DNA of 64,000 nucleotides from an uncultured Gammaproteobacteria bacterium (GTDB lineage Bacteria; Pseudomonadota; Gammaproteobacteria; Competibacterales; JAHEDQ01): NCBI GenBank assembly GCA_963783675.1, contig CAWAOU010000016.1, positions 98,478 to 162,477 of the forward strand, read 5' to 3'. Shown piece by piece: positions 58,632 to 64,000 of this stretch (position 1 is its first letter; each line of letters starts with the position of its first letter). The notes under the pieces were generated by a model. It saw only the letters and a program-made list of their open reading frames with translations, ran no database searches and was not told where the DNA came from. The position numbers and the translations under genes were made by a program.

Positions 58632-59041
58632 GGTGCAACTCCTCATGTGTCGGTGCCGCTTCGGTTGAGCCTGTCGCCAACGACGACACTGGGATTGGCG
58701 CCCGATACTTCTTAGTAAACCTGCGCGCCTTCGGGCGGACGTGGGCCAAGTTGCTCGGCATGGGCTATCGAGTTGTCGCCTCATACTCAGTCGGGCCTGA
58801 ATAAGACCTCTAAGCGCTAAGGAGCGAACCGCATCAGCCCCCATTGAGCGATTGTTTTCAGCATATCGCCGCTCCGCCATGCCGTGCCGACTGGCCTATT
58901 CCCTTGGGCCTTCCCGTCCACGAAACCACGCGATCCGACGGCGCACCGATCGTCGATGGCTTGCAGAATGATACACATCATTGCAGAAAATCCTGGCCGC
59001 GATCGCGGTGGAGGGGCCCAAGCCGGCAGGAGGATTGGAGC

Positions 59042-59900
59042 ATGGCGCACCGCGATTTCGGATTTTGGCACGGGTCACACTTTTGGGCTCTCACAGTTGG
59101 TGTGGCCTGTGTGGCGTTGCTTTTGGCTCCGTTATCGAGTGGGGCTACCAATGGCGGTGAGGACACCGAACTCTTCGTCCAACGGAGCACCTTGGCTGGC
59201 GTTGGGCTGCAGTATGGCGCGTTCGCCGACATCCAAGATAGCGCTATTGGACGTATCCAAACGGGCCTCTCCGGCGCTACGTCTTCAATCCTTATCAACA
59301 CGACCGTTGTGGCGTCTGAGGCACTGGCGTCGACCGGGGGCATAGAGGTTAGCCGGTTTGGCAATATAGAGACCGTTAACGTGACTATCGCGGGTCGTGC
59401 ATTTCTCAATGAGCCCGAGCAGAGTGGAAGCTGCTTACTGCGAAACTCAATCGTTGCGGATGCTGGGGGTGGAGACTCGACATGCGCTCTCGACAACAGC
59501 TTGGAGGGGGCATTCGATGACTTGCTGGTTGGTCAGCTTGCTGACAACGGCGCGCCAGGTAGTCTGGACTATCCGCTCCTCGCTGGAAGCCCAGCAAATC
59601 GACGCCAGCGTCGATGAACTCTGCACAGACTCAGATCACCTCGGCCAAGCGCGCGCCGATGGCAATGGTGACGGCGTTGCTACTTGCGATATCGGGGCAT
59701 TTGAATTCGTGGGCATGGGGTCACCTGAGGTCCAGATCGACTACGCGCCAAATGATCCAACGAACCGGACAAGCGTAAATTCCACTGGAAATGTTGGCGT
59801 TTACCTGTTCGGGAACACAGGGTATGCGGTCAGTGATGTCGCTCTCAATTCACTCAGACTAGGACTGGGAGATGCTCCGGCGCTTGAGGGCCACCCGGCC
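59042..59900 (+). pseudogene. secreted choice-of-anchor-Q-like / beta-helix repeat protein, frameshifted and 3'-truncated
   Basis: The start ATG at 59042 has GGAGG upstream and a signal-like N-terminus. ...LADNGAPGSLDYPLLAGSPA breaks into ANRRQRR* at about 59595. The +1 frame continues IDASVDELC...DGNGDGVATCDIGAFEF...GNVGVYLFGNTGYAVSDVALNSLRLGLGDAPA, and this frame runs into the relE-like gene. Confidence 0.6.
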
Positions 59901-59901
59901 A

Positions 59902-60192
59902 CTACCCATCATCTTTGGACACCGGCTTGTTATAGACCTTGCTCCGGTGTGCCACCCGTACGACCAAGACCACGAGCGTGCGCTCTTCGATCCGGCATAC
60001 GGCGCGGTAGTCACCGATACGATACCGCCACAGACCGGAAAATGAAGACTTCAGGGATTTACCGAACTGGCGGGGATCCTCCGATCTGCTGATGCGTTCT
60101 TCAAAATAGTCCAGGATTTCGTGCTGGACTGGCTTGTCCAGCTTTTTCATGTCTTTCAGCACACGCCAGTCGTATTCAACCTTCCAGCCCAA
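59902..60192 (-). CDS. type II toxin, RelE/ParE superfamily (RelE/StbE-like)
   Basis: 96-aa ORF with the core LWRYRIGDYRAVCRIEERTLVVLVVRVAHRSKVY. It overlaps the upstream antitoxin gene by 17 nt. Confidence 0.9.
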   Translation of the reverse strand: MGWKVEYDWRVLKDMKKLDKPVQHEILDYFEERISRSEDPRQFGKSLKSSFSGLWRYRIGDYRAVCRIEERTLVVLVVRVAHRSKVYNKPVSKDDG

Positions 60193-60388
60193 GTGCCCGC
60201 CTCATTTCCTTGTCACTCAAACGTTCACTAGGAGTCTCGAGCCGCGCTTCGGCAACATACCGGTCCTCGAGCTCGTCGATATGCTCCTCGATCAGCCTGC
60301 GGATATAGAACGACTTTGTTCGTCCCGTCACCGCTGCCAGATGATCCAACCGGTTTTCAATCTCTTTATCCAGTCGCAAAGACGCCAT
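60176..60388 (-). CDS. type II antitoxin, ribbon-helix-helix (RelB/CopG-like)
   Basis: 70-aa ORF. The N-terminus MASLRLDKEIENRLDHLAAVTGRTKSFYIRRLIEEHIDELEDRY has an RHH pattern. It sits immediately upstream of, and overlapping, the toxin gene. Confidence 0.85.
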   Translation of the reverse strand: MASLRLDKEIENRLDHLAAVTGRTKSFYIRRLIEEHIDELEDRYVAEARLETPSERLSDKEMRRALGLEG

Positions 60389-60494
60389 CGCGCACCTTAG
60401 GTAAGTGTGTCACATGTAGTAACCGTAGTACATATGACACAAGCAAGTCAATTCCTGTGCATGGCAAATTGGCTGCTACCGCCCTGGCTACACC

Positions 60495-61836
60495 TGTCCC
60501 TACCAGAAACCTTGTACCGGTTGATTCGCTTGGCTTTTTCTGGTCGGGGGCGTTAGCGTCTGTCCGATGAAGACGATCCTGCACCCGATGCTCGCCACAC
60601 TGACCGGCCTCTTCCGAAGCCGCACGTTGCTCCACTTGGAAATCCTCGCGCTTCGCCAGCAACTTGGCATGGTCACTGAAAGAGACCGTAAACGGCTCCG
60701 TTTCCGTCGGTGCGAGCGCTTGTTCTGGGTTTGGTTGTACCGCGTTTGGCCCGGCTGTATTCAGGCACTGCATGTCTTCAAGGCCGACACCCTGGTGCGT
60801 TGGCACCGCAAGGGCTTCCGCCTTCATTGGACCTGGAAATCGCGCCGACGGCGGGGCGGGCGTTGGCCGATCGCAGCTGAAGTCCGTGAGCTTATTCGGT
60901 GCATGTCCCGAGAGAATACTGGCTGGGGTGCCCCTCGAATTCACGGCGAGCTGCTGATGCTGGGCATCGACATCTCCCAGGCGACGCTCGCGAAATATAT
61001 GATTTGCGGCGGAAAGTCACCGTCCCAGACCTGGCGGACATTCCTCGACAATCATGCCAAGGATCTCGTGTCCATTGACTTTTTCATCGTCCCCACCGCT
61101 ACCTTTCGAATCCTCTACATGCTCCTGGTATTGCGACACGAACGCCGCCAGGTTGTCCACTTCAACATCACCGGACACCCCACGGCCCAGTGGACGGCGC
61201 AACAAATGGTCGAGGCGTTTCCATGGGACGAAGCCCCGAGGTACTTGTTGCGCGACCGCGATACCATCTACGGCGCTACGTTCCGTCGGCGCGTTCGAAG
61301 CCTCGGTATCAAAGAGGTGCTCACCGCCGCGCACTCACCCTGGCAGAATCCCTATGTCGAACGCCTGATCGGCTCCGTACGCCGTGACTACCTCAACCAC
61401 ATCATTGTCCTGAACGAACGTCACCTCAAACGACTCCTGCGATCCTGCTTTTCCTACTATCACACGGCGCGAACGCATCTTGCGTCAAACAAGCAATCTC
61501 CGGAACCACGCCAGATCGAATCACCTGAGCGCGGAAAGGTGGTTGCCTTCCCACACGTCGGCGGCCTTCATCATGAGTATCGACGCGCGGCCTGAGGCGC
61601 AAGCCCAGCGTTCCCGGTACAGCAGATCTGCTAGCAACGCGTGCCCGCTGGTGAGCTCGGGAACGAGAATCGCTGGCTGGTTGCATCGAACGGTTTCTGC
61701 CCGTGAACTCAAGACCGAGCCGGCATGTCCAAACCTTATCATCCTCGCACTCTTGACTCTCCAGCCGAAACTCCCGTCTCTCTCCCTACTCGGCGCCCCT
61801 GGCTTCCGACACCGGATTGAGTTTTTGGTAGGGACA
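60495..61836 (+). mobile_element. IS481-like insertion sequence (single rve-domain transposase), about 1.34 kb
   Basis: The terminal inverted repeats are TGTCCCTACCAGAAAC (60495-60510) and the reverse complement of GTTTTTGGTAGGGACA (61821-61836), which is TGTCCCTACCAAAAAC. They match at 15 of 16 positions and have TG...CA ends. Only a 3-bp ACC is shared by the two flanks. Confidence 0.75.
60567..61595 (+). CDS. DDE transposase with an integrase core (rve) domain, IS481-family-like
   Basis: 342-aa intact ORF with ...WGAPRIHGELLMLGIDISQATLAKYM..., DFFIVPTATFRILYMLLVLRHERRQVVHFNITGHPTAQW and HSPWQNPYVERLIGSVRRDYLNH. Confidence 0.9.
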   Translation: MKTILHPMLATLTGLFRSRTLLHLEILALRQQLGMVTERDRKRLRFRRCERLFWVWLYRVWPGCIQALHVFKADTLVRWHRKGFRLHWTWKSRRRRGGRWPIAAEVRELIRCMSRENTGWGAPRIHGELLMLGIDISQATLAKYMICGGKSPSQTWRTFLDNHAKDLVSIDFFIVPTATFRILYMLLVLRHERRQVVHFNITGHPTAQWTAQQMVEAFPWDEAPRYLLRDRDTIYGATFRRRVRSLGIKEVLTAAHSPWQNPYVERLIGSVRRDYLNHIIVLNERHLKRLLRSCFSYYHTARTHLASNKQSPEPRQIESPERGKVVAFPHVGGLHHEYRRAA

Positions 61837-61871
61837 ACCACACGAGCCGTTCATTTCTACCGCGCAGACGC

Positions 61872-63488
61872 CTAGAGCAAAATCAATGTCGCAAGGCCTA
61901 GAAAGGCAAAGAACCCCACCACATCGGTGACGGTGGTCAGGATAACGCCGCCAGCCAGGGCTGGGTCTATATCCAGTTCGCGCAACACCAGGGGTATCGC
62001 CACACCGGCCAGGGCGGCGCATAGCATGTTGAGCAGGATGGCCGAGGCGATGATGCCGCCAATCTGCCAGCTTTCGAACCAGAGGATGGCCAGTGCTGCC
62101 ACCACCAATGCCCAGATCAGTCCGTTGAGCGTACCAATGCCGAACTCCTTCCATAACAGGACAGGGAAATTGCTCCGTTGCAGATGGCCCAGCGCCAGGC
62201 CACGAATCACCAACGTGAGGGTCTGGCTGCCGGCAATGCCGCCCATACTCGCAACGATGGGCATCAGCACCGCCAACGCGACCACCTTCTCCAGGGTGCC
62301 CTCAAACAGGCCGATGACCCAGGCGGCCATAAAGGCGGTTACCAGGTTGATGCCCAGCCAGAGCGCCCGACGTCGGGTGCTGGTCAGTACCGGTGCGAAC
62401 ATATCGGCCTCTTCGTCCAGACCGGCCGCATGCATCAGCGAACGCTCCGACTCGTCTCGAATGACATCCATGACATCATCCACCGTGATGCGTCCGAGCA
62501 GACGGCCATCGGCATCCACCACCGGTGAGGAGATCAGGTCCAGGTCCTCGAAGCGGCGCACCACTTCCCGGCTTTGCATGTCCGCCGGTATAGGCTCGAA
62601 GGCATGGTCCATCACCTCCTTGACACGTTGTTTCGGGCGGCTGGTCAACAGTCGCCGCAAGCGCAGCACTCCCTGGTACTGATTGTTGCGGTCCACCACC
62701 ATGAGCGTGTCAGTATTGTCGGCCAAGTCATTCAGCAGGCGCAGATAACGCAGCACGGACCCCAGGTGTAGATCCCCGCGCACTGCAATCTGGTCGGTGT
62801 TCATGAGACCACCAGCGGAATCTTCCGGGTAGGTGAGCATGGATTCCAGCTGCTCGCGTGCATGCAGATCCATGGCGCGGAGCAGGTCCTGACCGTTTTC
62901 CTCAGGCAGGTCTTGAATCAGATCGACCAAGTCATCCAGCTTCATGCCTCGGGCGGCGGCGCTCAGATCTTCGGGATCCATCTCCAGCGCGAGGCGGGTC
63001 CGCACCTCTTCGTGAAGGTGCACGAGAATGCGGCCTGCCTCCTCGCTCTCCACCATATCCCAGGCTGTGGAGCGCTCACCGGGTGGCACGGACTCAAGCA
63101 ACCCTGCTGCCTTGGCGGGGTGAATTCGCTTCAGCATTCGCCGCACGCGCTTGAGCTTGCCCATCTCCAGGGCACCGCGCAGCCGGGCCAGTTCAGTGTG
63201 GGTGTCCATCTCGGGTGCCAGCGCCTCTTCCGCCCGCTTCCCGTCCTGCCGGAAGAATGCCCGCAGTTCTTCACTCACATGCGTGAGGACTTTTTGCTCG
63301 GCGTCATCGTCGACCTGCTGCCACAGCGCGCTGCGTTGCCCGGCCTCGAGGGATTCCAGCAGGCTGGCCACCTTGGCGGGATGCATACCCCGCAGCAGCT
63401 TGCGTATACGCTTGTGCTTTCCCTTTTTCAGGGCTTGGCGCACAATTTCGATCTCGGTAAGCACCGATTGTTGATGAGGTTTTGTCAT
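61872..63488 (-). CDS. mgtE: magnesium transporter MgtE with a duplicated N-terminal segment
   Basis: 538-aa ORF. It has a CBS pair (..DLISSPVVDADGRLLGRITVDDVMDVIRDE) and TM-domain strings MPIVASMGGIAGSQT and VTDVVGFFAFLGLA. The N-terminal ~85-aa unit occurs twice. Confidence 0.9.
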   Translation of the reverse strand: MTKPHQQSVLTEIEIVRQALKKGKHKRIRKLLRGMHPAKVASLLESLEAGQRSALWQQVDDDAEQKVLTHVSEELRAFFRQDGKRAEEALAPEMDTHTELARLRGALEMGKLKRVRRMLKRIHPAKAAGLLESVPPGERSTAWDMVESEEAGRILVHLHEEVRTRLALEMDPEDLSAAARGMKLDDLVDLIQDLPEENGQDLLRAMDLHAREQLESMLTYPEDSAGGLMNTDQIAVRGDLHLGSVLRYLRLLNDLADNTDTLMVVDRNNQYQGVLRLRRLLTSRPKQRVKEVMDHAFEPIPADMQSREVVRRFEDLDLISSPVVDADGRLLGRITVDDVMDVIRDESERSLMHAAGLDEEADMFAPVLTSTRRRALWLGINLVTAFMAAWVIGLFEGTLEKVVALAVLMPIVASMGGIAGSQTLTLVIRGLALGHLQRSNFPVLLWKEFGIGTLNGLIWALVVAALAILWFESWQIGGIIASAILLNMLCAALAGVAIPLVLRELDIDPALAGGVILTTVTDVVGFFAFLGLATLILL

Positions 63489-63888
63489 GTTGTCCTCCTG
63501 GGACTAGGAAGGATAACCCGCCTTCTCGTCCGGCTACGGTCCCTCGTCGCCATCGGTCGGTCGTCGATCTGGCCTAAGAAGTGGTCCGTTCCGGCCCGGA
63601 ACGACATTTCAGGACCCCAATCTCCTCAACCACGGCTCCGCTGACACGCGTTTCCCCGTTACGCCAGCCATCAGCTCAGCCGCCACTGTTGCCGCGCCGC
63701 AGCGACATATATTGAAGGTCATCAGCTCGACATGCGCCTGCATCAAGTAGTGGGGACGGTGTGGTTTAGGGCGCCAAGTGCTGGATTAGCGGGAACTCAA
63801 CAGCTGTCTCAGGGGAATCATTTTCGCAGTCTCTAGGTCTACACTATTGAATTAGCCTCTCGAGGCGAACCGAAAGGACAATTGACGA

Positions 63889-64000
63889 ATGCATAGACGG
63901 AAATTCGTTGCGGCCTTGGGCGTGACGTCTATGGCACCCGGACTATTGAACTGGGCGTCCGCCCAGACCAAGCGCGGTGACACAGACGCGACGGCACAAA
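63889..64000 (+). CDS. 5' end of a gene for a Tat-signal protein (truncated by the window end)
   Basis: ATG at 63889 with AAGGA about 10 nt upstream. MHRRKFVAALGVTSMAPGLLNWASAQ looks like a twin-arginine signal. Only 37 codons are visible. Confidence 0.4.
   Translation, partial: MHRRKFVAALGVTSMAPGLLNWASAQTKRGDTDATAQ

Overview
This is a 64-kb, high-GC, gene-dense bacterial chromosomal segment that looks proteobacterial. I can support about 45 protein-coding genes. I found no rRNA, no convincing tRNA and no CRISPR array. All function calls come from reading motifs by eye in the supplied translations and in my own reverse translations. No database search was run.

Layout:
- 1-1091 (-): partial heparinase II/III-like gene running off the window edge.
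- 1.5-15.5 kb (-): one eight-gene MoxR AAA+/DUF58/VWA 'Bat-like' operon, most junctions with overlapping stop and start codons. It also carries a TPR-HExxH peptidase-like protein and a cysteine-less legumain (C13)-fold protein.
- 15.7-17.5 kb: intradiol-dioxygenase-like gene and a PG-binding muramidase.
- Two paralogous polyamine-type ABC importers (17.6-21.7 kb and 28.0-32.0 kb). Between them sit a divergent SHMT-fold enzyme and a GMC oxidoreductase.
- Two RND efflux loci. One is organised def - SGNH hydrolase - OMF - MFP - RND.
- Remaining genes: three SAM methyltransferases, an e(P4)-type acid phosphatase overlapping a TLC/Npt-like transporter, an M28 peptidase, DUF2189, VIT1 and MgtE.

Mobile and accessory content:
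- A disrupted IS5-family element (25931-27118).
- An IS481-like element (60495-61836) beside a RelE/RHH toxin-antitoxin pair. Together they truncate a frameshifted choice-of-anchor-Q-like gene.
- An IS91-like transposase relic.
- An orphan TacT-like GNAT with a remodelled N-terminus.
- Two stretches that look AT-richer by eye, at about 24.0-27.8 kb and about 51.1-57.1 kb.

Best candidate for something undescribed: an AT-richer three-gene cluster at 52112-56143. It encodes a HypX/HoxX-like protein (formyltransferase + crotonase), a REC protein with an unassigned output domain, and a cNMP-binding histidine kinase. There are no hydrogenase genes in the window.

Other points of note are the MoxR operon with its protease-fold passengers, a three-copy ~80-nt intergenic repeat family, and several ORF-free structured spacers.
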